A DNA stretch of 64,000 bases, taken from positions 20,832,001 through 20,896,000 of the forward strand of contig NW_027361754.1 of assembly GCF_039654945.1 (NCBI RefSeq). The letters run 5' to 3'. This stretch comes from Dendrobates tinctorius. Its lineage: Eukaryota. Positions 21,272 to 33,187 of the stretch are shown piece by piece (within the stretch, counting starts at the first letter, position 1; each line of letters opens with the position of its first letter). Under the pieces are notes generated by a model, which worked only from the letters and a program-made list of their open reading frames with translations, had not been told where the DNA came from and did no database searches. The position numbers were made by a program, and so were the translations under genes.

Positions 21272-22029
21272 CTGGAATATTATAAAAACAAAACGGATTA
21301 ACAGTTCTTATAAGAACAGTGACGGAAACAGCCTCTAGCAAGTTTTACATTTTATTATATATGTAGAATAAAATTATTTTTCGGTGATCTAATAATAATA
21401 TTAACATGAGACTGAGACCACATATGCAATAGACAACATAATCCAAAATGTGCAAACTAGCTCAATATTGGGTGCCAGGAAGGTGGCATAAAGGAGATTT
21501 TTGTGTACTCACCGTAAAATCTCTTTCTCTTAGCCTTTAATTGGGGGACACAGAACCGTGGGTGTTATGCTGCTGTCCACTAGGAGGTGACACTATGCAT
21601 AATCTGAAAAAGATTAACTTTGGCTCCTCCTCTGCAGTATACACCCCTGGATGGCGTCAGCCTTTTCCAGTTTTGTGCAAAAGCATTAGAAGGAATATAC
21701 CAGAAACATAACCATGCCTGTAAAAAAAGGCTACTATAAACAGGCTCAAACAACAATATGAGAAGAAAACCAGAACAACGGCCCGCAAGGGCAACAGGGT
21801 GGGAGCTGCGTCCCCCAATTAAAGGCTAAGAGAAAGAGATTTTACGGTGAGTACACAAAAATCTCCTTTACTCTGTCGCCTTATTGGGGGACACAGAACC
21901 GTGGGACGTCCCAAAGCAGTCCCTGGGTGGGAAGCAGTGGACGAATATTGTGCTGACAGTCCCCTAGACTTGGGGTACTGCCGCCTGCAGGACCCGTCTA
22001 CCCAGGCTCGCATCCGCTGAGGACTGGGT

Positions 22030-23020
22030 ATGCACTCTGTAGTGTTTTGTAAATGTGTGCAGGCTAGTTCAAGTGGCTGCCTTACACATTTGATGTGCCG
22101 AGGCTTGATGCCGAATGGCCCAAGAGGCCCCTACCGCCCGCGTAGAGTGTGCCGTGATACCGGCCGGAAGGGGAGAATTGTTGAGGCGTTAAGCCTCTTG
22201 AATGGTGGACTTGATCCACCTAGCAAGGGTGGCTTTGGAAGCCGGTAGGCCCTTGCGAACGCCTTCTGGAAGAAGGAAAAGTGAATCAGACTTCCGGAAG
22301 GGAGCAGTCCTAGACACGTAAATACGCAATGCCCTGACAAGGTCAAGCGTACAAGCGTATGCAGAGCCTTCTCTACCCTATGAACGGGAGCCGGGCAAAG
22401 AGACGGTAGTGATATTTCCTCATTGAGGTGGAAGCTGGACACGACCTTCGGAAGGAAGGATGGTACTGTACGGAGAACCACCTTGTCCTGATGAAAAACC
22501 AGGAAGGGTTGTCTGCAGGAAAGAGCTGAAAGTTCAGACACCCTGCGTAACGAGGTGATTGCCACCAGGAAAACCACTTTCTGTGATAGAAAGCGGAGTG
22601 AGACCACCCTAAGGGGTTCAAAAGGAGGTGACTGTAGTGCTGTCAAGACCAGGTTGAGGTCCCACGTCTCCAACGGACGTTTGTAGGGGGGAACCAATCG
22701 GGAAACCCCTTGGAGAAAAGTCTTCACTTGCGGCTTGTTAGCAATACGCCCCTGAAAGAGCACTGAAAGCGCTGACACCTGGCTCTTCAGCGAGCCCAGG
22801 GATAGCCCGGCGTCCAGGCCTGACTGAAGGAAACCGAGGACCTTTGGAAGAGAATAGGGAAGTGGAATCTGCCCACGAGAGTCGCACCATGTGAAGAAAA
22901 CCTTCCAGGTACGATAGTAAATCCTGGCTGAAGTTGGCTTTCGAGCCCTGATCGTGGTTTTAACAACGTCCGGTGAAAAACCTGCTTGGGTCAAAACCCA
23001 GGTCTCAATGGCCACGCCAT
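22030..23020 (-). pseudogene. DIRS tyrosine recombinase, frameshifted with an in-frame stop
   Basis: LRRVSEL motif; AHSTRA…KAAT*TSLHTFTKHY read manually near 22040-22160. Confidence 0.8.
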
Positions 23021-24979
23021 CAAATTGAGAGCCCCTGAGTTCTGGTGGAAGAACGGGCCTTGTGACAGGAGGTCGGGACGTGTGGGGAGACGCCAGGGAG
23101 CGTCTGCTGTGAGTTGCACGACGTCGGCGTACCATGTACGCCTGGGCCAGTCTGGAGAGATCAGAATGGTGGGAACACCCTCTTGTTTGATCTTCCTCAG
23201 GACTCTGGAGATCAGGGGGAGGGGTGGAAAAATGTACAGAAGCTGGAACTGGGTCCAGTCCTGAACCAGGGCATCTGCTCCGAGCGACCGCGGATCGCGC
23301 GTCCTGGCCATGAAATTGGGAACCTTGGCATTGAGATGGGATGCCATCAGATCCACGTCCGGGGTCCCCCAACGATGACAGATCTGACAGAAGACTTCGG
23401 GATGGAGAGACCATTCCCCCGAGTCCATTCCTTGTCGGCTGAGATAGTCGGCTTCCCAGTTGTCCACACTCGGAATGTGGACCGCGGAGAGTACTGACCT
23501 TGCAGCCTCCGCCCATTGTAGGATACGCGTTACTTCGGTCATCGCCTGGATGCTGCGGGTGCCGCCTTGATGGTTCACGTATGCCACTGCCGTGGCATTG
23601 TCCGACTGTACTCTGATATGAGAGTCTGCCAGCAAGTGATGGAAGGCTTTCAACGCCAGGAAGATGGCCCGAATTTCCAGGATGTTGATGGGCATGGTCG
23701 ATTCCCTTGGTGACCACCTGCCTTGCGCTCTGCGATGTAGGTGCACCGTGCCCCAACCCATAAGGCTTGCATCGGTGGTCAAAACCTTCCATTGACCGGA
23801 GAGAAAGGATTTTCTCCTTGCAAGCGAGGTTGGCTTGAGCCACCAGTGCAGGGACCTCCTGGTGTTTGCTGATAACCGGAACTCCCTGTCGAGGGAGAAC
23901 GGATTCCTGTCCCAGGACTTGAGGATGGCCAGTTGAAGGGGTCTGAGATGAAACTGGGCAAATGGTACCACCTCCACTGCTGCTGCCATCCTGCCAAGTA
24001 CTCTCATGGCATATCGGAGAGATCTGGGGGACTTGCGGAGGAGTGTGTGAACTCCCAGACGGAGAGCCAGTGCCTTGTCCCTGGGGAGGATCACCAGACC
24101 CTTGGAGGTGTCGAATAGCATCCCCAGGAAGGTCAGAGACTGACTCGAGGTAGTCGAGGACTTCTGTAAATTGACTAGCCATCCCAGGCGCGTCAGAGTG
24201 TCGATCGTGATCGAGACGTTGACCTCGCAGTCCTTGAGGGTGGGGGCCTTGATGAGAAGGTTGTCCAGGTATGGAACGACTACTATGCCTCTGGAGTGCA
24301 GAACGTCCATGGTAGCTGCCATGACCTTTGTAAATGTTCTGGGAGCCGTGGCGAGACCGAACGGGAGGGCCACAAACTGGTAATGGTCTTGGTTGATTGC
24401 GAATCTGAGAAACCTCTGATGGGCGGGAGCAATCGGTATATGCAGGTATGCGTCCTGTATGTCTATGGAGGCAAGATATTCTCCTTTTTCCATAGATGCA
24501 ACGATTGACCGGAGGGATTCCATGCGGAAGTGACGAACTCGAACGTACTTGTTGAGTTGCTTGCGGTCTAGTATGGGTCGGACGCTGCCTCCCTTCTTGG
24601 GCACCACAAACAGGTTGGAGTAGAACCCTCGGAAGCGCTCTTCTGCTGGGACTGGCACTATGACTCCTGCGAGAGAAGAAACCGCTTGACGGAAGGCCTG
24701 AGCTTTGAGCGGGGATTTTGGAGGGACAGAGGGAAAAAACCTGTGCGGTGCGCTGGTAGTAAACTCGATTTTGTATCCTGAAGACACTATTTCCTTGACC
24801 CACTTGTCTTCTGTAATAGGCAGCCAGACCTGTTGAAAGAGTAGCAGTCGTCCGCCTACAAGTGGGGTGTCTTCCAGAGGGCATGAGTCAGGATGAGGAA
24901 AAAGTCTGAGGTTTTCCTCCTTTAGGTTTTGCCTGGCTTGCCTTTGATTGCCAGTTCCTGTCCGGCCTCTGTGCCGCAC
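22991..24979 (-). CDS. DIRS RT-RNase H-methyltransferase-like ORF
   Basis: SIDIQDAYLH, LPFGLATAPR, YLDN (expected YLDD), TTDAS, INILE, SDN, VDLMAS, YIFPP motifs. Confidence 0.9.
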   Translation of the reverse strand: MRHRGRTGTGNQRQARQNLKEENLRLFPHPDSCPLEDTPLVGGRLLLFQQVWLPITEDKWVKEIVSSGYKIEFTTSAPHRFFPSVPPKSPLKAQAFRQAVSSLAGVIVPVPAEERFRGFYSNLFVVPKKGGSVRPILDRKQLNKYVRVRHFRMESLRSIVASMEKGEYLASIDIQDAYLHIPIAPAHQRFLRFAINQDHYQFVALPFGLATAPRTFTKVMAATMDVLHSRGIVVVPYLDNLLIKAPTLKDCEVNVSITIDTLTRLGWLVNLQKSSTTSSQSLTFLGMLFDTSKGLVILPRDKALALRLGVHTLLRKSPRSLRYAMRVLGRMAAAVEVVPFAQFHLRPLQLAILKSWDRNPFSLDREFRLSANTRRSLHWWLKPTSLARRKSFLSGQWKVLTTDASLMGWGTVHLHRRAQGRWSPRESTMPINILEIRAIFLALKAFHHLLADSHIRVQSDNATAVAYVNHQGGTRSIQAMTEVTRILQWAEAARSVLSAVHIPSVDNWEADYLSRQGMDSGEWSLHPEVFCQICHRWGTPDVDLMASHLNAKVPNFMARTRDPRSLGADALVQDWTQFQLLYIFPPLPLISRVLRKIKQEGVPTILISPDWPRRTWYADVVQLTADAPWRLPTRPDLLSQGPFFHQNSGALNLMAWPLRPGF

Positions 24980-25066
24980 GTGTGTTGTCCCTGCGGGGGG
25001 AACGATTACGGTTTTGTGCTGGGCGTGAGACAGACCAGCCTGAAGAAACGAGATTGATTACGCCTT

Positions 25067-28000
25067 TTAAACGTGCGTTTTGGTCTTAGTTGAGGGAGGG
25101 AAGTACTTTTGCCTCCCGACAGCTTTGGATATCATTGTATCCAGCTTTTCACCGAAAAGACGGCCACTGAAGTACGGGAGATTTGTTAGGGACTTTTTTG
25201 AGGCCGCATCCGCTTTCCATTCTCTTAGCCAGAGAATACGCCGGATTGTGATGGCGTTTGATGCTATTCCTCTTGCAGAGTCCAACGCTGCATGGACCAT
25301 GTAATCTGCCACCACTGCAATTTGCACCGCCTGGTCCGCCAGCTGAGGATTTGAAGCTTGAAGGCCCTTTTGCAATAGATCAGCCCAAGCCATGATGGCC
25401 TTGGCTGCCCAAACTGAAGCAAATGCGGGAGCCAAAGAGGCACTTGCCGCTTCAAAGATTGAATGAGCCATGCGTTCGACTTGTCTGTCTGCTGTGTCCT
25501 TGAGGGTTGAACTGTCCGGCAGCGTTTGTGCTGCCAGCCTAGAGACTGGAGGGTCCACTTCAGGCGGATCTGTCCAATCCTTGGTGTCTTTCTGTGGAAA
25601 GGGGTATTTTGCTTCCAAATACTTGTGATGGGCGAATTTTTTCTCAGGCTGCGAAAAATGCTTAGAAAGGATTTTTTGAAATTCCGGGTGATTAGGGAAG
25701 ACCTTCGATGGTTTCTGAAGACTTTCAAAGGAAATCTTGTGTTCTGGTGCTTCCGGGGTTGGATCTGAAATGTCCAGCACCCGAAGGATGGAAGAGACGA
25801 TATCCTCAACTATCGCAGTATTGCTAGGGGGACAAGGTAGCAAAGCGTTCTCTGTTTCGTTATCTGAATTGGAGTCACATATGCCCTCTGAGTCCTGCGC
25901 ATCGCTAAGGAGCTCCCTAGCGGGCGAACTAGAGCGGAGGTTTCCCGTGGTCTGGGATCGTTGTGGAGATCCGCATTGTCCTTCTCTATCAGGGGACGGC
26001 CTCGGTGACCTGAGGCCACTGTGTCTTTCCCTGGAGGGGGAAGACCTATTGCTATGTGAGGACGCAGATGAATGCGACCTGTGGGTCCGCTTACGCCTCG
26101 AACTGTCGGAAGCGCCCTGATCATGAGACCGGACGTCCCTTTGCTGGGTAACGTTCATAGCCGTGACATGACCCTGTAGAGCCTGCAGTAATGTGGAGGT
26201 CAGGTTATCTATAGATTGTGTCATAGACTGCGACATCTGAGTCGCCCATTCCGGCGCAGTAGCGGTCGCAGAAGCATTGGTAGGGACTTCTTGGGGTTCT
26301 GATCCTGTTTGGGAGAAATGGGAGAAAGGATCTCCAGAAGCATTTGTGATCGTAATGGGGGACTTTAACAAAGGAAAACTCAACCTGGATCTCCCCAAAT
26401 TTACTCAACATATAAACTGCTTCACGAGAGAGAACAATACGCTTGATCACTGCTATACAGTCGTAAAAGGGGCCTACAGGGCAGTGAGGAGAGCAGCAGT
26501 GGGCTTTTCAGATCATTGTCTAATTCATTTAATTCCAGCCTACAGGCAAAGGTTGAAAACATCCAAACCTACAGTTTATACAAAGAAGACATGGTCTGAG
26601 GAGGCAAAATTGCAACTACAAGCATGCTTTGAATGCACGGACTGGGAGGTATTCCAGGAAACATGCTCGGGTCTGGATGAATGGGTTGATGCAGTGTCCT
26701 CATATATCCGTTTTTGTGAAGACACGTTTATTCCATCCAAATCTATCCACTTTCGGGGAAACAACAAGCTGTGGTTTACAAATAAAGTCAGGTTGATCCG
26801 TAAGAGAAAAGAGGAGGCTTATAAAGCAGGCGATATTACTGAATTCAAGAAGCTTAGGAACTCGCTATCTAAAGAGATCAAGTTAGCCAAACACGAGTAT
26901 GCAAAGATTCTGGAGGAAAGGTTCTCATCAAAAGATACTAGATCTGCATGGAGAGGATTAAGAGAGGTCACCAATTATAAAAGCCACCCCACTATAGTGA
27001 ACCCCAGCAGAAGTCTGGCAGCAGAGTTAAATGAATTCTACTGCAGATTTGAGGCAAGCTCTACACACAGTGGCTATTCATCTCTAAGCTCCTCAGTCTG
27101 TTCATATAAAGATCATTCATTGTGCAACACCCAAGTAGTGATCTCCGAGGCAGAGGTGATACGCATCCTGAAGGGACTTAAGGTCAAAAAGGCACCTGGC
27201 CCTGATGGTGTATCTCCAATGTGTCTGAAAGTATGTGCTACCCAGCTTGCCCCTATACTGACAAATATATACAATGTGTCACTGAAAGAGTGCGTTGTAC
27301 CTCAGTGTTGGAAAAATTCCACAATTATCCCTGTCCCCAAGAAAGTGGGATCCTCTGAGTTGAACGACTATAGACCAGTAGCACTCACATCTGTAGCTAT
27401 GAAAGTCTTTGAAAGAATTATGATGTCCCACCTGATAAAATTCAGGCAGAAGCTATGGGACCCGCTTCAGTTTGCCTATAAGGAGAATCGTTCGGCAAAC
27501 GACACTGTCAATCTGGCACTGAAGTACATTTTGGATCATACAGATGAACTGCACTCGTATGTCCGGATTCTTTTCATGGACTTTAGCTCAGCGTTCAATA
27601 CCATTGATCCGAATTTACTTCATAAGAAAATGGTAGCTCTTGGAGTCCCTCTCAACTTATGCTTGTGGATTTATAACTTCCGGACAGCCAGGATACAGAG
27701 TGTAAAAGTTGGACCATTCACTTCGGACACCTTGGTCACAAACATCGGGGCACCTCAGGGGTGTGTTTTGTCCCCGTTACTGTTTTCTCTCTATACGAAT
27801 GATTGCATCTCTTCAGCAGACTCAGTAAAAATCTTGAAATTTGCCGATGATATGACACTGATTGGTCTCATCGGGGGAAATGCTGAAGACTTGTATCGGA
27901 GTGAGGTGAAAAGAATATGTGACTGGTGTAAAGCCAATAATCTTGTACTCAACACTAAAAAAACTGCTGAGATGGTTGTGGATTTTAGGAAAGATCAACA

Positions 28001-28767
28001 TGAGATACTTCCAATCTACATCCATGACGAAGTGGTTCTTAGGGTCACAGAGACCAAATTCCTTGGTGTTATCATCTCTCATGATCTTAAATGGGGGAAA
28101 AACGTGGATGCTGTTATAAGAAAAGCACAACAGAGGATGTTCTTCCTGCGTCAGCTGAAAAGATATGGTTTGTCTAAGAATCTGCTGATCTTATTCTTTA
28201 ATGCTGTCATCAGATCTGTGATTTGTTCCTCTCTGATAGTCTGGTATGGGGGAGCCACTGCGCATGACAAACTCCGCTTACAAAGGACTTTCAGAACAGC
28301 AGAGAGAAAATTATAGGTTCCCCCCTGCCTAAAATCCAGGATCTTTATGATAAGAGTATTCGATCCCACGCATTGAAAATTTCATCCGATCCCTCTCACC
28401 CGGGACACTCCTCATTCCAACTACTCCCTTCAGAGTCCCCAAATGCAGCACCAACCGCCATATGAACAGCTTCTATCCACTCTCTGTTCAACAATTAAAT
28501 CGTCATGTGTAGACTATATACTGTATCTGTCTTGTTAGATGTTACTTGTTGTATCTGTTGTTATATATTATGTTGCCTCTTTGCCACAAAGAATTCCTTG
28601 TATATATGTAATATGTACTTGGCGATAATAAATTTGATTGATTGATTGTTTTTTTGGGTACAATCCCGGCAGTGCGGGTACGTGCTGCTGCTGGGGAGAG
28701 TGGCCTTGCAGGCTGTGCAGACTGCATAAAAGCAGTCTTGCCTGGTTCTTTTCCTTGAGCCCGACAT
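25067..28767 (-). pseudogene. DIRS gag split by a LINE insertion
   Basis: MSGSRKRT…CTAC…HCRDCTQ (28767-28653) continues in frame as TGSEPQEVP… once the LINE and one TSD copy are removed; RRILWLREW and LFGEKLD motifs. Confidence 0.85.
26314..28652 (+). mobile_element. 5'-truncated Rex1/Babar-like LINE (APE C-terminus plus RT)
   Basis: GDFN, TLDHCY, SDH; GAPQGCVLSPLLF, KFADD; AATAAA then (GATT)n tail; TTTGGG duplication; ORF ends early at 28316 after an apparent GA slippage. Confidence 0.9.
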
Positions 28768-30239
28768 AGTACCTAGGCTGATTAGTGGAGGCCCTACAGG
28801 GGTGTCTACGCAGAGGAAAGGAGTAGGAGAGCGCTATATGGTATAGGAATTCACAGCTGAGTACCAAGGACCCAGCTGTGATCTTACCCCACTGGTGCTC
28901 CCCCTTAGGTCCAGCGCTGATAAGTCCCACGTCCTGTGCCCCCCGGAGACTGCTGTGCTGCGTTCTTCCAGGTGCAGCAAGATGGCCACCGGGTTCTGAG
29001 GTGGAGAGGGAAGGGGGCGGAGAGCTGGAAAAGGGCGCGCTGGGCCATGTAAAAGCGCGCCCCTCCTGCCTCGATCCGCCCCTTCTATGACACTACAGTG
29101 TCATTTTCGTCATCCGGGGGGCGGGAATGGGGCGGCGACTTCGGCTAGGCCGAAGCCGCGGCCTAAATTTGAGGTCTCCTGCCCAGCAGGGCTCCAGGAC
29201 GGCGCGGTCGTCCGCGGGGGGGGGGGGGGGGGGTCGGATTTAAACCAGACCCCCCCAGAATGAAAGGAGGGCTGGCGGTGGGGCCATATATGTGACTGGG
29301 GCCCTGTGGAGGGTCCCTTGGGGTGCCATTGCTGCCGAGACCGGAGCGCAGGGAGCCCGGTCTCTGATAAGTGCCGTGCCTCGCTGCACCTCCCCCGGTC
29401 CCTAAAGGAGTCCACAGGTGGACTGGGGTCCCTGGTGCCTGGTACAGGCCCTACCTGCGGTGTCTCAACCTAATACCCCCAGATTAGGGGGGGTGCTGCT
29501 GTCACCGTCAGGGGGCTTCATCGTCGCCTCGACCTCGACCCAGAGCCGGACGGAACTGAGGAAGGAGGGGGGTCTCGACCTCAAACCAGTACCCGAGGGA
29601 CTGGTGAGGGAGCGACATGGGGAATAGCCACCTCGACCTCAACCGGGTACCCCTAATAGGGAACCGAGGAGGGAGCCATGCCGGGAGTCTCGCTGGAGAC
29701 CCTCTTTTCTTCATCTGTAGTCCTTTGGAAAAAAATCCAGGAAAAAGACGGAGTAAAAAAAAATCTTAGGTGTGCCTCCTGCGACACTAAGCAAAAACTG
29801 GAGAAGGCTGACGCCGTCCAGGGGTGTATACTGCAGAGGAGGAGCCAAAGTTAATCTTTTTCAGATTATGCATAGTGTCGCCTCCTAGTGGACAGCAGCA
29901 TAACACCCACGGTTCTGTGTCCCCCAATAAGGCGACAGAGTAATTTGCTTTGGCCCATCTACTATGGAGGGAAATGGTGTACCATCAGGCCACCATCTTG
30001 CCTTTCCTCATGCAATGCTGGTAAAGTATAGTAGGTGAAATATAAAAAATCCTAATGATTGGGGTATAAACAGGCATGATTGAGGACAGTCCTCTGTGAA
30101 CCTCCTTCTATAAGCCAAATCTACTTACCAGCGGCTCCTTCTCTGATACATCGAGCCATGTGTTGCCTGTTATGAGTAGGCTGCCATGTAATAGTATTTG
30201 TACCCCGCATCAGGCATAGAGACGACCCTTCTCACTTAC

Positions 30240-30396
30240 CTATTAAAAAAATTGGACAGCAAATCCCTGTTCTTCTTGACTCCTGCCTTCCTGCCGCAAT
30301 GTGGAAAGTTGAAGATAATTCTGTCGTAAGACTGATTAGTGATAAAACCATATTCATCTAGTTTTGTCACGTCCACACCAAAGTGAACCTCGGCTC
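30240..30396 (-). CDS. FDXACB1: FDXACB1 coding exon 2 (AEVHFGVDVTKL…FNFPHCGRKAGVKKNRDLL)
   Basis: FPHCGRKAGV motif of the N-terminal methyltransferase-like (DUF2431) domain; TAG/GTAAGT boundaries; 157 bp. Confidence 0.95.
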
Positions 30397-30689
30397 CTAT
30401 AATATATCGCAGGAGAAACATGGCATGGACAAATGTTAGAAACGGGAAAATAATTTCATGGCATTAATATGCTTATTTTCATCACCAAATAACCATGAAG
30501 AAATTATTGTGGAATATAGAGGTCAGTAGGATGTTTTGCGATGATTTTACTGACTCAAACCTGATGGCAGATGCCCAAGAAAAAAAAAAAAAAAAAAAGA
30601 TTGGTGAGGTTGGATTTGTTTTCAAGGGAGAGACTTCACCGCCAGAAGAGTTCGGAGTGGGGACAGAGGTGTGCAGAGTGGGGACGCTG

Positions 30690-31306
30690 ATGGACGCGGA
30701 AGGGAACGCAAAGGAATGCAGAAGGGGACACGGAGAGACGAGGAAGGGGACACGGAGAGACGAGGAAGGGGACACGGAGAGACGAGGAAGGGGACACGGA
30801 GAGACGAGGAAGGGGACACGGAGAGACGAGGAAGGGGACACGGAGAGACGAGGAAGGGGACACGGAGAGACGAGGAAGGGGACACGGAGAGACGAGGAAG
30901 GGGACACGGAGAGACGAGGAAGGGGACACGGAGAGACGAGGAAGGGGACACGGAGAGACGAGGAAGGGGACACGGAGAGACGAGGAAGGGGACACGGAGA
31001 GACGAGGAAGGGGACACGGAGAGACGAGGAAGGGGACACGGAGAGACGAGGAAGGGGACACGGAGAGACGCGGAAGGGGACACGGAGAGACGCGGACGGG
31101 GACACGGAGAGACGCGGAAGGGGACACGGAGAGACGCGGAAGGGGACACGGAGAGACGCGGAAGGGGACACGGAGAGACGCGGAAGGGGACACGGAGAGA
31201 CGCGGAAGGGGACACGGAGAGACGCGGAAGGGGACACGGAGAGACGCGGAAGGGGACACGGAGAGACGCGGAAGGGGACACGGAGAGACGCGGAAGGGGA
31301 CGCGGA
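30690..31306. repeat. 22-bp purine-rich minisatellite (GAAGGGGACACGGAGAGACG[A/C]G), about 27 copies
   Basis: Direct inspection. Confidence 0.97.
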
Positions 31307-31970
31307 AAAGTGCAAAGGGGACCATGAAGGGGAAGGTAGCAGGAAGGTTGGGAGGGGGTGAGAGAAAAGGTGCCAAGGAGGGTATAGAGGAGCATGCATG
31401 CATATGAAGAGGTTGGGAGAATAAGCTCTCAGCTTTATGATCGTTCTGCCAACAGCTTTCTAAGTGTATGCCCAACTGAAAAGGGGTATTCCTATCTCAC
31501 ACATTGTCAAAACCTGTGATAGGTACTGCTCCTATCTTGAGAAAGGAGTGTGGTCTCACATCACTGTAAGGGAAGTGGTGGCTGCGCATGTGCAACTCTC
31601 TCCATTCATTTCTATTTCAGTACTCCCACAGAGGTGACTGTAAAGAGCTGCACATCCGTGGGGGTCCAAGAGGTGAGACTTGCATCTATCAGACATATGT
31701 AACAGTTTGTATAAATATGCCATAAATGTCTGAGGTCGGAATACCCCTTTAAGCCTAGACATTAACAAGTTGTACTGTAAGATATTGCCATATAGCAAAA
31801 CAAATGTGACTGCTAACCAGGCAGCTGGCTGTGACAGCACCAAATATCAGATGGGAGCTGCTGTTTTAGGATGCAGAGCCCCATATAATGGGGGGCATTT
31901 CAGCGACTTTACAGCTGTCAGTGGCAGTTACTGCCATCATCAGCAGACAGTGAATCTGGTACTAACTGAC

Positions 31971-32136
31971 CTTTACTTCTAAGATGCTGGACGTTCCTCC
32001 AAGAGAGGTGCTGCTGACGGACCGTGTCCTCCGCCTCATAGCAGGTGGCGGTGATGTGATGAGCGTCTTCTCCGGTGTCACAGAGTGAAGCAGAAAATGA
32101 AAAATTTCCTTCTCCGACCAACAGAATAGAAACCAT
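31971..32136 (-). CDS. FDXACB1: FDXACB1 coding exon 1 (MVSILLVGEGNFSFS…)
   Basis: LLVGEGNFSF motif; GTCAGT donor; preceded by a strong acceptor at 32148, implying an upstream non-coding exon. Confidence 0.95.
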
Positions 32137-32859
32137 CGTCTCTGGATCTGAAAGAAAAAAAAGAACATTTCTTTTTTCTGTCCGCTCTTCTTCTGCCCCT
32201 AAACTGCCACCATATTATATGGACCAATGAGATTTCTAAATCTCCCTCGCAATAGGAAATCCAATGCAGGCTAATCAGAGAGCTCACTAATAACAACGCT
32301 GCAATAGTCATGTGGGCAGAGTCTAAATCAGGAAGAGTCAGAACCGCAGCCCCGCCTCCTCCCGAAGCGACTGATGTCTGTCTGGTCTCTGGTGGAGCTT
32401 GTGGCTCCAAAACGGTCATAAAGCAGGAAACATCAGGGGCCCCATAGCAGCTGGGTGTGCCGCTATTAGCGACACACCACTGGCTGGGGGCCCTAGGCAG
32501 CTGCTGGCCAATATGCCAACAAGTGTCAGAGCCAAGGTCCGCTGGAGAATCCTCCGGTTCTCCGATGGGCCAGTCCGACCCTGAACAAGGGCGACAAGAG
32601 GAGGTGCACGGACCGGCCATGGCCCACGGCCTCCCAGATTTCCATGTAATCAGCACCGGCTAATTAAAAGCAAAATTGGCAATGCAAGGAATATAAAAAA
32701 GCGTGTCTTCCGCAATGTGTGAATTTAGTGCAAAGTTTGTATCAGTGACCACCATTCCCACAGAAGGAACATTGTGCAGACACTGAAGTGGGAATTAAAT
32801 GTGTCTTTAATGCAATGTTCGTGCTGTCTGCAGGGATCTGTTCACACAGTAACGTCACT

Positions 32860-33040
32860 TACCTGCCAGTCACCCCCTGCAGCGCACACAGCCGCAGTCA
32901 CCGGCGGACGGCTACAACCACGTGACTCCTTCCTGCAGCTACTTCCGGGTTCTGCGGCGCACGCTGATGACGTCATGATCTGTTACTAAGCAACACAGCA
33001 ACAAAACCGGCGTTGGGTTCCTCAACCGATACCCGGGTAC
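32860..33040. promoter_or_regulatory. Putative bidirectional FDXACB1/CFAP68 promoter with non-coding first exons
   Basis: E-box CACGTG 32919-32924, ETS ACTTCCGG 32941-32948, CRE TGACGTCA 32968-32975; minus-strand donor CAG|GTAAGT at 32862 and plus-strand donor CGG|GTACGT at 33037. Confidence 0.7.
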
Positions 33041-33187
33041 GTGCAGGCGTTTTTCCAGCGCTTGTGGTGATGGGGGAGAATCCTGACTGGCTGTAATAAT
33101 GTACAGTACTGGGAGGAGTACAGTACAGAGGATGGACATGGTGGAGGCTGATGGCAGAGTGTGAGGAGGGAAAGGGGGAAATGTGCT

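Larger units (their letters stand above)
21490..29943 (-). mobile_element. DIRS1-like tyrosine-recombinase retrotransposon, full length, inactivated
   Basis: Inverted terminal repeats (~21540-21675 and ~29790-29928); internal complementary region ~21810-21906 matching both termini; gag, RT/RNaseH/methylase-like and YR ORFs. Confidence 0.95.

Noticed and set aside
22131-24884. 917-aa ORF overlapping the DIRS RT as a novel gene
   Set aside because: A long RT-overlapping frame leading into the tyrosine recombinase is a normal DIRS feature
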